This document shows, in pieces, positions 38,127 to 49,147 of a DNA stretch of 64,000 bases. Source of the DNA: an uncultured delta proteobacterium (lineage in GTDB: Bacteria > Myxococcota_A > Polyangia > Fen-1088); assembly GCA_963796685.1 (NCBI GenBank), contig CAWCMR010000025.1, positions 1,760,001 through 1,824,000 on the forward strand. The letters run 5' to 3'. The stretch's first letter is position 1, and every line of letters starts with the position of its first letter. Both the position numbers and the translations under genes were made by a program. The notes beneath the pieces are model-generated. The model made no database searches. It was given only the letters and a program-made list of their open reading frames with translations, and had not been told where the DNA came from.

Positions 38127-39236
38127 ATGAGGGTGAGAGCCGAAGGCCCGAGGGGCGTGCAGGGTGAGAGGCGGGTCCCGAGAGCTCGGCGGCTCCCCAC
38201 GCGACTAGGGTTTACGGCCCTGCTGGTCATGACCGCATGCAACGGCGCTTCGTCCGGCCGCGGCGGGGGCGGTGCGACGGGAAGCGGTGGCGCGGATGCT
38301 TCGGGTGGGACTGGGGGTGGCTCCGGGCAATCGGGCGGGGTGGCGGGCTCGACAGGGATCACGGGCGCGGGCGGCGTTTCGGCCAGCGGCGGCGCCGGTG
38401 GCACGGGGGGCGCGAAGTCCGCGGGTGGTACAGGTGGAGCTGGTATCGTGATCGGTATCGGCGGCTCGCCGGGAGCCGGCGGCGCGGCCACGGCGGTCGA
38501 CGGCGGCGCGGGCGCACAGCCCTACAAGGGGGTGGCCAACTGTACCTGCGCCGAGCGCACGAGCCTGAAGGTCTCCTGGTACTACAACTGGACGGTGAGC
38601 CCGGACAATTGCAGCACGGGCGGCGAGTTCGTGCCCATGTATTCGAACCACCCGAACAACAACCCGACGCCCGATGCCGTGGCCGCGGAGATCACCAAGC
38701 TGGTCAACGCCGGCTACAAGTACGTGCTCGGCTTCAACGAGCCCAACAAGAGCGACCAGGCGAACATGACCGTCGCCGACGCCCTTGCGCTGTGGCCGGC
38801 CATGACCAGCAATCCGAATATTCTGGTGGGCAGCCCGGCCACCTCGGCCGACGGACAATCGTGGTTCAACGACTTCTACACCCAGGCCAGGGCGGCCAAC
38901 CTGCGCATCGATTTCATCGCTCTCCACTGGTACGGCTGGAACAGCGGCTCGTGCGACGCCAAGGCCGCCAACCTGGAAAGCTACATCAAATGGGCGGAAG
39001 GCCTGCCCGGCAACCTGCCGCTGTGGCTGACCGAATGGGGCTGCATGAACGCCAGCAATCCCGACGTGGCGACGGTGCAAGGCTTCTACACCGGCGCGGT
39101 GGCCATGTTCGCCAAGCACCCGCGCCTGCAACGCTACGCCTGGTACCAGTGGGATCCCAACAACGAGCTCACCAACAGCGACCACTCGCTGACCCAGCTC
39201 GGAACCGTGTACGCCTCGCAGCCTTCGACGCGTTGA
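38127..39236 (+). CDS. GH128-like (putative beta-1,3-glucanase) lipoprotein with Gly-rich linker
   Basis: MTAC lipobox; SWYYNW, EFVPM, LGFNEP, DFIALHWY, LWLTEWG and RYAWY motifs. Start codon uncertain. Confidence 0.82.
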   Translation: MRVRAEGPRGVQGERRVPRARRLPTRLGFTALLVMTACNGASSGRGGGGATGSGGADASGGTGGGSGQSGGVAGSTGITGAGGVSASGGAGGTGGAKSAGGTGGAGIVIGIGGSPGAGGAATAVDGGAGAQPYKGVANCTCAERTSLKVSWYYNWTVSPDNCSTGGEFVPMYSNHPNNNPTPDAVAAEITKLVNAGYKYVLGFNEPNKSDQANMTVADALALWPAMTSNPNILVGSPATSADGQSWFNDFYTQARAANLRIDFIALHWYGWNSGSCDAKAANLESYIKWAEGLPGNLPLWLTEWGCMNASNPDVATVQGFYTGAVAMFAKHPRLQRYAWYQWDPNNELTNSDHSLTQLGTVYASQPSTR

Positions 39237-39237
39237 C

Positions 39238-39674
39238 ATGGGAACCCTGGGAGGGTTCCCAAACCCTCCCGCGCACTGGCTCCGGCGAGCAAAGCTCGCC
39301 TTCGCCTACGCGATTTGATGGGAACCCTGGGAGGGTTCCCAAACCCTCCCGCGCACTGGCTCCGGCGAGCAAAGCTCGCCTTCGCCTACGCGATTTGATG
39401 GGAACCCTGGGAGGGTTCCCAAACCCTCCCGCGCACTGGCTCCGGCGAGCAAAGCTCGCCTTCGCCTACGCGATTTGATGGGAACCCTGGGAGGGTTCCC
39501 AAACCCTCCCGCGCACTGGCTCCGGCGAGCAAAGCTCGCCTTCGCCTACGCGATTTGATGGGAACCCTGGGAGGGTTCCCAAACCCTCCCGCGCACTGGC
39601 TCCGGCGAGCAAAGCTCGCCTTCGCCTACGCGATTTGATGGGAACCCTGGGAGGGTTCCCAAACCCTCCCGCGC
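39238..39674. repeat. Perfect tandem array of an 80-bp hairpin-rich REP-like unit (5 full copies + 37 bp)
   Basis: Units start at 39238, 39318, 39398, 39478, 39558 and 39638; identical, with no spacers. Confidence 0.97.
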
Positions 39675-39682
39675 GGACAGGC

Positions 39683-40162
39683 TCAGCCGGCGATCGCGAA
39701 TCCAAGGCCTCGCGCGGCTTTCACCAAGCCGCTGTCAAAGGCAAGAAAGCGCAACTCCCCCTCGAAGACGCCTCGCAACATGCGCTTGGCTTCTCTGGCC
39801 GAAGCCAGGTGGATTGCGTCGTAGGTGCGCAAAGGAAAACGCTGGGCCAGCTGCCGGGCATCCTGCAACACCTCTTCGCTGAGAGCCACTTCTTGGATGG
39901 ATTCCTCCCAATAGGCGTCGAGAGCCCCCAAGTGTTTGGGTAGGTCCGCAGCTGGGATTCGTCCGAAGTGGACCATGCGCGCAAGGCTGACCGAAGCCTC
40001 GGTGTAGCCGAGCCGACTGACCAGCAGAATCTCGGCCGGCGCTGGGCCGCCGACGAGATCGCGCGCTTGTGCGCTGCCCTCCTCGTCGGCAAAGACCTTC
40101 ACCAGCGCGGAAGTGTCGAGATAGAGTGCGAAGGGGTTCGCGGTGACCGGCAACTCAGCCAA
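39683..40162 (-). CDS. vapC: VapC-family PIN toxin
   Basis: YLDTSALVK...EE.S...TEA...LRTYDAIHLASA...FLAFD..L..AA. Confidence 0.9.
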   Translation of the reverse strand: MAELPVTANPFALYLDTSALVKVFADEEGSAQARDLVGGPAPAEILLVSRLGYTEASVSLARMVHFGRIPAADLPKHLGALDAYWEESIQEVALSEEVLQDARQLAQRFPLRTYDAIHLASAREAKRMLRGVFEGELRFLAFDSGLVKAARGLGFAIAG

Positions 40163-40424
40163 CCCTGTCCTTCAAGACCCAATCCGACAAAGTGGGACCT
40201 CTCCCCTTCAGCCGGAAGAGTCTCGGCAATTGCCCTGGACGCTTGAAGCGAATCGGAGGGACCGCACCGGTCCCATGCGCCACCAAATCCGCCACGGGGG
40301 TTCCATGGTTCGTGATGACGACGCGAAGACCGGCCCTGGCCTGTTTGGTGAGGCTACTCAGCGTTGCTTTCGCGACGCGGAGGCTGACGGTTTCTTCGGC
40401 GGAAAGACGTGCGGCTTTTGCCAT
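40155..40424 (-). CDS. Phd/YefM-family antitoxin
   Basis: VSLRVAKATLSSL...AG.RVVITNHGTPVADLV; overlaps the toxin start. Confidence 0.88.
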   Translation of the reverse strand: MAKAARLSAEETVSLRVAKATLSSLTKQARAGLRVVITNHGTPVADLVAHGTGAVPPIRFKRPGQLPRLFRLKGRGPTLSDWVLKDRVG

Positions 40425-40507
40425 GTGCCTCGTTTCCAGAGGCTAAGACTAGTACGAATGTGGTCACCGTGCAACTACATTGCGCTGCCTGCCTGGCGGC
40501 GACCAAC

Positions 40508-41421
<914 letters not shown>

Positions 41422-41425
<4 letters not shown>

Positions 41426-42318
41426 TCCGCGCCCTCTGCGTTCTCGGTGTTTGAATTCCCTCGGCGCAGATCGGACGGGCATAGACGTCCGGCGGCGACG
41501 CGCAGAAACGCCTCGACGTTGTCGTGACCACGACATTCGGGAATGGACCGCATCGCAAGGCCCAAGAGCTCGTCGAGCCGGCGGATGGCGCCTTCGAGGC
41601 CGAGGCTCTTCACCACGCTCGGTCGCGCCTTGTTCCCGTCCTGGTGGATGGGCTTGCCGAGCACTTCCGATTTTCCGAGTGCGTCCGCCACGTCGTCGGC
41701 GACCTGGTAGGCCGAGCCCAGGGCGGCCCCGGTTCGCCGCCAGGCCGCGGGATCGCCGCCACCGGCGATTGCGCCCGCCACGGCCGCGGCTTCGAACAGG
41801 GCCGCGGTCTTGGCGTGGTGGTAAGCGGCCACATCCACGCTGGGTTCGCTCTCCCACGCCTGTCCGGCCGCGATTCCGGCAGGCGCGCCCGCGGCCGCGG
41901 CCAGCGCGCACAGGACTTCCGCGCCCGCCCCCGGCCGCCTGGTCGCCTGGGCCGACACCGCGCCAAAAGCTGTCACGATCAAGGCGTCGCCCACCAGGAT
42001 GGCGACGGGTTCACCGAATCGCTTGTGCAGCGAGAGCTGCCCCCGTCGCAGTGGGGCGTCGTCGAAGCAGGGCAGGTCGTCTTGCACCAGCGAGGCGCAG
42101 TGAAGCAGCTCGACCGCCACCGCCGTCGCGTTCGCCAAGGCGGGCTCGCCGTCGCCGCAGGCCGTGGCCACGGCCAAGCACAGACCAGGCCTGACCCGTC
42201 CGCCGCCCGGAAACACGGCATAACGGATCGCCTCGGCCAGGCCCGTCGGACAAGGCGCTGCCGTGGCCTTGGCCACGACTTCCGCGAGCGCTGTCTCGAT
42301 TCTCGATTCCGTTTCCAT
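41422..42318 (-). CDS. crtE: Geranylgeranyl diphosphate synthase
   Basis: YAVFPGGGRVRP, HCASLVQDDLPCFDD..RRG, AGQAWE, KTAALF and YQVADD motifs. Confidence 0.88.
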
Positions 42319-42404
42319 GGGCGAAGAAATAGGGAAGCTACTATGCCCGAATTGTCGTCAGAAGAGGACCACGAGAAGCCGTAATCCCGCGATAGCCGCG
42401 GGAG

Positions 42405-42497
42405 GTCGCGGTCGTGGTCTTGGTCGTGGCCGTGGCCGGAGCGATCTTCGTGGGCCACGGCCACGGGAACGTCCACGACGACGTCTACGACCACCAC
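42405..42497. repeat. Hexamer-periodic imperfect inverted repeat (GTCGTG)n...(CACGAC)n
   Basis: gtcgcg gtcgtg gtcttg gtcgtg gccgtg gcc ... ggc cacggc cacggg aacgtc cacgac gacgtc tacgac caccac; a small hairpin TCCCGCG-atagc-CGCGGGA lies at 42385-42403. Confidence 0.7.
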
Positions 42498-42679
42498 TCG
42501 CCGCTCCGATTGGGTGCGAGCCTCTATCGTGGAAAGGCGTCTCTTTCTTCTGCCTTCCGCGACGTCACTGCGCTTGTCGCGGGATTAGGGGTCTTCGCGC
42601 GACGCATCCCCGATCGCTCGCTGCGCCGGGATGATTTTCTTGACACTTTTCTCTTCGGGCTCAACCTACTGTCAGTCAC

Positions 42680-42919
42680 ATGGCTAATTTCAAATCAAAC
42701 AAACCAAGCAAGGCGGCGCCGGCCCCCGCTCCTGCTCCTGCTGCCAAACCGGCCAAGGCTTTTGCTGCTCCGCAGGCTGCCAAGGCCCGCTCTTCTTACG
42801 AGCCGACCCAAGAAGAGATCCAGACCCGTGCCTTCGAGATCTACGTCAGCGAAGGTTGCAAAGAGGGCAACGATCTCGAGTATTGGCTGCGCGCGGAACA
42901 AGAGCTGCGTGCGCGGTAG
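42680..42919 (+). CDS. DUF2934-domain protein
   Basis: EEIQTRAFEIY..EG...G.DLEYWLRAEQEL. Confidence 0.88.
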   Translation: MANFKSNKPSKAAPAPAPAPAAKPAKAFAAPQAAKARSSYEPTQEEIQTRAFEIYVSEGCKEGNDLEYWLRAEQELRAR

Positions 42920-42943
42920 CCGAAGCCTCTCGCTCTCCGCAAA

Positions 42944-43921
42944 CTAGGTCTCGCGCATCTGTTCGGCGGGCACCGCCGAGGGGGTGGCCTGCAAGGTGGC
43001 CAGCGCCAACGCCAGCAGCCCGCACAAGGCGAAGAGGGCTGGTCTGGGCGAGCTGATTTCCATGCCCGCTGCGGCAAGCAGCAGCAGGGCCCAGCCGGCC
43101 ATCCGCGACGGGCCCTTCTCGACGAGGCAGCCCACCGTCGTTGCACCAAGGCAGGCATAGGCTGCGATGATGGCGCCCGCGTAGAGCTGCTCGGTCGACG
43201 ACCCTAGCCCCGTGAGGTCGATGCGCAGCCCGTAATACGCCACCGCTTGTACGAGATCGAAGCGCAGGGTGGTTGCGGCGCCGAGCACGGTGGCCACGAT
43301 GGTTCCGGTTGCGATGGTGACCGCCATGCGAGCCTTGCGCCAAGGCCAGGGGGAAACCAGCACCGGCGTGGCGGCCATGGCCGCCAGGGTGATGGCGTGG
43401 CCGACCCGCACCATCTCGGCGGGATCCAGGCGCGACCAGGACATACGAAGGGCGAACATCGCGGCGGCCTGCAAGACGATGGGAAGGGCGAACAGGGTGA
43501 TGCCGAGCTTGGAGCGCCAGGGGCGTGCCCCGTGCCAGATGCCGAGGACCAGGAAGAAGACCAGGAAACCGTGGCTGATGCGCATGTGAACCTGGTACCT
43601 GGGCGCGAGGATCCAAAACACGCCAAGACCTGCGAGAACGGCGAAGAACAAGCCCACCGTGCTGACGGTGATGCGCATGGAGCGGGGAAAGATCCGTTCC
43701 GAACGCAGGGCGTGCACCATCGCCACCACCGCGAGCAGCAGGGCCAGGATGCCCGAGAAATTCGAGACGAAGAGCGCGGCGCCAGCGGTCCAGCGCTCGA
43801 GGGTCGTGCCCTGGTGGCTGGGCAGAAAGATCGCGTTCACGATGCGATAGAGGACAAGCTCGCCGAGCGCGGAGAGCGCGAGCAGGGCGGTCAGATTCAA
43901 TCCGGCGAGGAGCCTACGCAT
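42944..43921 (-). CDS. Hypothetical multi-TM membrane protein
   Basis: About 10 hydrophobic segments; ATG at 43921. Confidence 0.7.
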   Translation of the reverse strand: MRRLLAGLNLTALLALSALGELVLYRIVNAIFLPSHQGTTLERWTAGAALFVSNFSGILALLLAVVAMVHALRSERIFPRSMRITVSTVGLFFAVLAGLGVFWILAPRYQVHMRISHGFLVFFLVLGIWHGARPWRSKLGITLFALPIVLQAAAMFALRMSWSRLDPAEMVRVGHAITLAAMAATPVLVSPWPWRKARMAVTIATGTIVATVLGAATTLRFDLVQAVAYYGLRIDLTGLGSSTEQLYAGAIIAAYACLGATTVGCLVEKGPSRMAGWALLLLAAAGMEISSPRPALFALCGLLALALATLQATPSAVPAEQMRET

Positions 43922-44090
43922 GGTTCTCGAGTTCCTGCTCCACTTGGTCGAAGCAGTATATTCCCTCGGCCATCCATGTGCTCGCTCATGCGCGCTCTCG
44001 CGGAAATTTTCCAGGGTGGTACGATTTGGCAAAAAGCGCGGTCGGGCGACTCGGGTGCCACGGCCGGGCGGAGGGCCCAAAGGAACCAGG

Positions 44091-47000
44091 ATGCACGGCG
44101 GTGACGACTACCTCGCGGGACTCGCGCAGATCCACACGCGCGACAGCCTGGACGATCGTCGGTCGCTGTGGCGCCAGGGCATGGCGAGCCTGGCGGCGGC
44201 GGCGGCGGATCAACAGCCCACCCCTCTCGAAGGCATGGCCACGGACCAATTGCTGGCCAGCGTGCGCTCCGCGCTTTCTTCCGGTTTGGTCGAAGATCTG
44301 TCGTTTCTGTCCCGGCCCGTGGCGGCGGCGGCGCTCTTCGAATTGGCGGGCGCCCTGCCGCAAAGCCCCGAGAAGCGGGAATTCGGCCGCCGCGTGTTGG
44401 TTTCGCTGCACGAGGGCGACGCTGCCACCTTCGTCACCCTGGCCACGGCCCTGGCGCTGTCTTCGCCGCGGGCACTTGGCGGCGCGCAGATTCGGGCCCG
44501 GGTCGCGCTCTCGCTGCGTTTGCCCCTGTCGACCGGCGCGAACGTCGACGGGCTGGCACTTGCCCTGGTGTCGCGGCCTGAGCTCGAACGTGGATGGCTC
44601 ACGGCGTACTCCATGGGCGCCTTGCCGGCGCGGCGCCTGGCCGCGCGCCTTCTCGAACGGGCGGCGCGAGAAGCCGCGCGCAGGGCCAAGGAAGGCGACG
44701 ACAGCGGGGTTCGCGTCTTCGAGCGCGTGCCGGTGCGTACCGCATGGTCACGGCTCATCACCGATCGCGAGTCGCTGGTGTGGCGGCACGTGGCGGTGGC
44801 CCGCGGTCTGCTCGCGGTGGTAGCCCCCATGCGCGCGGCGGAGATCGACCGCGATCTGTCGCCCCGCCTTGGACCGAGCGAATGGCGGCGCGCCGCCGCG
44901 TCGCTGGCCGCGACCGTCGTCCACGATCCGGACACGGCCTTGCCCGCGTGTCTCAAGCTTCTGCAAGGCGAGGTCCAGAGCCGCGACAGCGGTATCGCCT
45001 CGGCCATGATTTACGGGTTGTCCCGCGTGGTCGAGCAAGAGCCCGAGGCCGCCGACGAGCTTCTGGCCAAGCTCGTGCCCTGCGGGGGTATCGAGGCCAT
45101 CGAGGCCCTGGCCGATCTGCGCGAGGAGCTGGCCGGCCACCCCATCGGGGCCCAAGCCGCCTTCGTGGCCATCGATCGCCTGCGCGCCGACCAGTCCTCG
45201 GCCGACGACGGTACCGTGGCTTTGATCCAGGCCCTCATCGACGACCTCGACATGGGCGCGGAGAGGCCGCACGGCTCGTTGCGCTTGCACCTCGGCGACG
45301 CCTTGCAGGCCTTCGCCGAAGGGCGCGACCTCGGGCCGGCGACCGACCTGGCCTTGCAGGTCGCGGGCGTGGCCATGGATGTCCTCGAAGGCACCGGCGA
45401 CGAGACGGCGGCCGAGCGTCAGGTTACGTTTCGCTCTCTGCGTGCAGCTCGACGCCGGACTGCTGGTGACGTCGGTTCTGTCGGACCTGCTCACCGTGCG
45501 CGCGCGCAGCCAGAGCGGGCCGAGCCCGCTGACCGGGATCTTGTGGCGCCTGGGTAGCTGGTTGCTCGTACGCGAATACCAGCCGGTCACCAGCGAGGCG
45601 ATTCCGCACCTGACCTTGCGCTTTCGCCAATTGCGCACGCTCTTGCACCTGGTGGATTCGGACATCGTGGACAGTGAAGAGCCCATGCCCGAGTCGCGCG
45701 GTCGCCGCCTGCATGTGTTCAAATTGCTGGCCCAGCGAGCGCAGGCCGACGTGCCCTCGCCGTTGCGCCGACTTTTGTGCGCGACGCTCGCGCGCACGGC
45801 GGACGCCCTGGCACGCGAACAGGTGGCCGAGCTGTCCGACGTGTTCGTGGCCACGCTGTGGAGCCTGAGCAGCGCTGCCGATCTGCGGGCGCTGTCCGAG
45901 GCGTGCATGGTGCCGGAGTTCAAGGAGGTGTTTGCTTCGGCCGCGCAGGTGCCGCGCGTGCTGGCGGAGCGCGGCGGGCAGGCCGACGAGCACGCCCTGG
46001 TGGAGAACCTGCGCGACGTGGCCGAGGCGTTGCCACCGGGCAGCTCGGCGCGGGTCGAGGGGCTGCGCCGGGCGATTCTGGGCATCACGCGCGTGCTCGA
46101 GACGCTGAACGAGGCGGTGTCGCTGACCGAGCTGCGCCGGGGCGACAGCAGCGCCGCCCTCGACCGGCTGGCCAGCGCCATCACCTACGCTGCGCGCCTG
46201 TGCGGCGGGGCCATGCGGCGGACGGGCCTGCGCGAGAACTATTTTCCTTCGTCGTCCACGCGGGCCTTGCGTCGCTTGGAGGCGTGGATCGAGCGCGCCT
46301 TGCAGGAACGCGACGAGGGGGTGGGCGCCGCCGCCGCCGCCGCCGCCGAGGCGGTGCGCCAGGACTTGCCGCCGCTCTTTGCCGAGGTCGTGGCGCGGGT
46401 GCTCATGCGGGTGGGACGCCTGCCGCGCGTGCCGCGACCGTCGGGCGAGGTCACGCACATCACCAAGCGCAGGAGCCAATTGCACCTGCCCCCGTGGCTG
46501 CCGCCCAGCCGCATCGTCGGCGGCTTCTTCATCGTGCGTCCCATCGGGACCGGGGCCGGTGGATTGGTGTTCGTGGCCCGCCGCTCGGAAGAGCGCCACG
46601 AGGAAGGCGCCGAGATCTTCGCGCTCAAGGTGCCCGCGTATACCGGCGCCGCCGCGCACACGCTCTCGGAAGACGAGTTCATGCAGCTCTTCCGCGAAGA
46701 GGCGGGCGCCCTTTTGACCCTGCCCCGGCACGCCAACATCGCGGGCTTCGTGACCTTCGACGCCGGCGCCCGGCCCAAACCGATCCTGGTCATGGAGCTG
46801 GTGGAGGGCAACACGCTGGAGCGGTTGGTCGACCGCCGTGCCCTGACCGTCAAGCAGGCGATCGACGTCCTCGACGGCATGGCGGCGGGACTGCAGGCCA
46901 TGCACGACGCCGGGCTGGCCCATCTCGACATCAAACCGGCCAACGTCATCCTGCGCACCCAGCGCGACCTCGCGTCTCCGCGGCGGCCACGCGGCTCTGC

Positions 47001-47424
47001 GCGCCAGGCACCGGTGCTGGTGGACTTCGGTCTGGCCGGGCGCAAGGTCCGGCCAGGTTGCGGCAGTCCCTACTATGGGGCGCCCGAGGTTTGGGACATG
47101 TCCGACTTCGGCGATCGGGTGGACCCGCGCGCCACGGACGTCTATGCCTTCTCCTGCCTGGCCTTCGAGCTGTTGACCGGAAACCCGCTGTTCGCCGGAG
47201 AAACCCTGCCGGCGATCTTCGCCATGCACCTTGGCCACGACGGCGATCCGCCTGGGCTCGAATGGATGCGCAAGCACGAGCGGCACCGACCGCTGGCCGA
47301 CCTCTTGTCCGCCGGGTTGGCGCGCGAGCCGAGCAAGCGGCTTGGCATCGCGGTCATGCGCGCGCGCCTGCTCGATCTCGCGAAGGAAAGCCTGTCCGCC
47401 GCTACCTGGCCGCTGCGGCCTTGA
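44091..47424 (+). CDS. Large Ser/Thr protein kinase with long helical N-terminal region, +1 frameshift near 45445
   Basis: IGTGAGGLV, ALK, HLDIKPANV, DFG, YGAPE and DVYAF in the 45379..47424 frame; the N-terminal part is in the 43920 frame. Confidence 0.85.
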
Positions 47425-47448
47425 GGCGGCGGTGTGCTTCGGACGAGC

Positions 47449-47925
47449 CTATCCGCTCGCCTGCTGCAGGGCCGACTGGATGATTTGGGCCAGGTCGAGC
47501 CTTGGTTGGTTCTGGCCGCTCGTCGTGGCGTCCGATCCCTGCTGGTAGCTCTGCACTTGATGATGGTGATGCTGGTGGTGGCCCGAAGCGCCCGGTTGTC
47601 CCTTGGGTTGCAAATCGGGCATCTGCCCCGTCTGGGCCGCCTGGCTGAATTTGTCGGCGAGCGCGTTCAAGCGCTGCGCCTGGGGGCCGGTCGCACTCTG
47701 GGCATCGGTCTTGAGCGTGTCGGCGATGCTCGACATGACGGACTTGAACTTGTCCGGATCGGTCTGCTGCAACTGCTGAAGCTGGTTGAGCAGGTCGGCC
47801 ATGGGCGAGAGCTGGGCCGAATCGGTTGCCACGCTGTTGCCGGTGCCCGTGGATTGGGTCGACGTCGCCTGGCTTGCCGTGAGTGCGTCGATACCGTAAC
47901 CATTGCCGATACTGTTGATGTCCAT
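47449..47925 (-). CDS. Hypothetical Ser/Gln-rich protein with His tract
   Basis: GGAGG RBS; MDINSIG start, DSAQLSP and GHHQHHHH. Confidence 0.7.
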   Translation of the reverse strand: MDINSIGNGYGIDALTASQATSTQSTGTGNSVATDSAQLSPMADLLNQLQQLQQTDPDKFKSVMSSIADTLKTDAQSATGPQAQRLNALADKFSQAAQTGQMPDLQPKGQPGASGHHQHHHHQVQSYQQGSDATTSGQNQPRLDLAQIIQSALQQASG

Positions 47926-47973
47926 GGAGTCCTCCGAAATGTGTTTCCCCCGGGGGCCCGAAGGCCTGATGGG

Positions 47974-48002
47974 TTCATCGGTACGACGCGAAGGTTTCCT
48001 GA
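47974..48002 (-). promoter_or_regulatory. Possible sigma28/FliA-type promoter
   Basis: TCAGG-N15-ACCGATGA upstream of the 47925 start. Confidence 0.4.
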
Positions 48003-48390
48003 GAAGCCATTTTGGCACCTGTCGAGCGGCGTCCCCGAGCCGCCATTTTTGCAGTCGAGGCTGCGGACTTTGCACGCTCCAGAGCCAAGGATCTCGAAAA
48101 CACGACCCGCGCGCTCCGGTATAAGACTTGCAGCTTTCGTGAATGTCGCGTCGGAGGCGAGACGCATCGAATTCACCATTGGAAATTCCAGCCGCATGGC
48201 CGCGGCCCTGCTTTGACGGTATCTCCCCCGGTCGCGCCATGGTTGGGCGCGGGCAAGGTCCGTTCATGCGACTGGAGTTCCTTTTGGTGAGCTCCGCGGG
48301 CGTTACATGCATAGAGGAGCCAAAAAACTTGAGTGTTCGTTCCGCTTCTCGTTGCATCTTGGTTCTCTCCGGCTACGCTGCCGAAGCAAG

Positions 48391-49125
48391 ATGATCCAGA
48401 TCCGCCAGCGCCTGTCTGTTGCCGCCGTTCTTCTTGGTGTTCTTTGGGCCCCTCTTTCGGCCCGGGCACAGGAGTCCCCTCCTGCGGGCCAGGACCTGCC
48501 GGCCGCGGAGAGCCCACCCGCGAATCGCCCGGTGATCGCCCCTTCAGGACCCTTGCCGAGCGCAGCCCCTGCGCCCGCCGCCTCCGACAAGCCCGCGGGT
48601 CTCGATTTCCAGTTCTTCGGCCCCGAGGGCGCGGCATCGACGACCCATTCCGCCGAAGAGATCGCGAACGCCTCCGAGTTGTCGAAGACGCGTCGCCACC
48701 GCTTGGTGGTCCATCAGGTGCTCGGGCTCACCACCTGGGCGTTCATGGCCGCGACTTGCGTCATCGGACAGCTCAACTACAACGACCTCTATGGCGGAGG
48801 CAGCGGAAGGGGCGCCTACATGATGCCCCATCGCCTGCTCGCCTATTCCACGGCGGGTCTCTTCACGGCGACCGGGATCTACGCCCTCTTGGCCCCTCAG
48901 CCCTACAAGAAGCCGCTCAAGCTCGACACCGGTCTCATCCATCGCATCGCCGCCATCGGTGCCACGGCAGGAATGGTCGCGGAGGTCGTGCTGGGGTTCA
49001 TCACCGCCCGCACCGCGGACGCCGGCAATTCGAACGGAATTGCACAAATGGCGAAGGCCCACCAGGTGGTGGGTTGGACGACCTTCGGATTCATGACCGT
49101 CGCCGGCACGGCTTGGCTCTTTTGA
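48391..49125 (+). CDS. Signal peptide + 4-TM protein with one His at the start of each helix (possible heme-b binding)
   Basis: VVHQVLG, MPHRLL, LIHRIA and KAHQVVG. Confidence 0.65.
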   Translation: MIQIRQRLSVAAVLLGVLWAPLSARAQESPPAGQDLPAAESPPANRPVIAPSGPLPSAAPAPAASDKPAGLDFQFFGPEGAASTTHSAEEIANASELSKTRRHRLVVHQVLGLTTWAFMAATCVIGQLNYNDLYGGGSGRGAYMMPHRLLAYSTAGLFTATGIYALLAPQPYKKPLKLDTGLIHRIAAIGATAGMVAEVVLGFITARTADAGNSNGIAQMAKAHQVVGWTTFGFMTVAGTAWLF

Positions 49126-49147
49126 CCTGCGGGGAAGGATTCCACCC

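Noticed and set aside
39238-39674. CRISPR array
   Set aside because: The would-be spacers are all identical and there are no cas genes in the window.
39169-39943. ORFs running through the 80-bp array
   Set aside because: The period is not a multiple of 3 and the translations merely cycle frames, with no RBS or domain.
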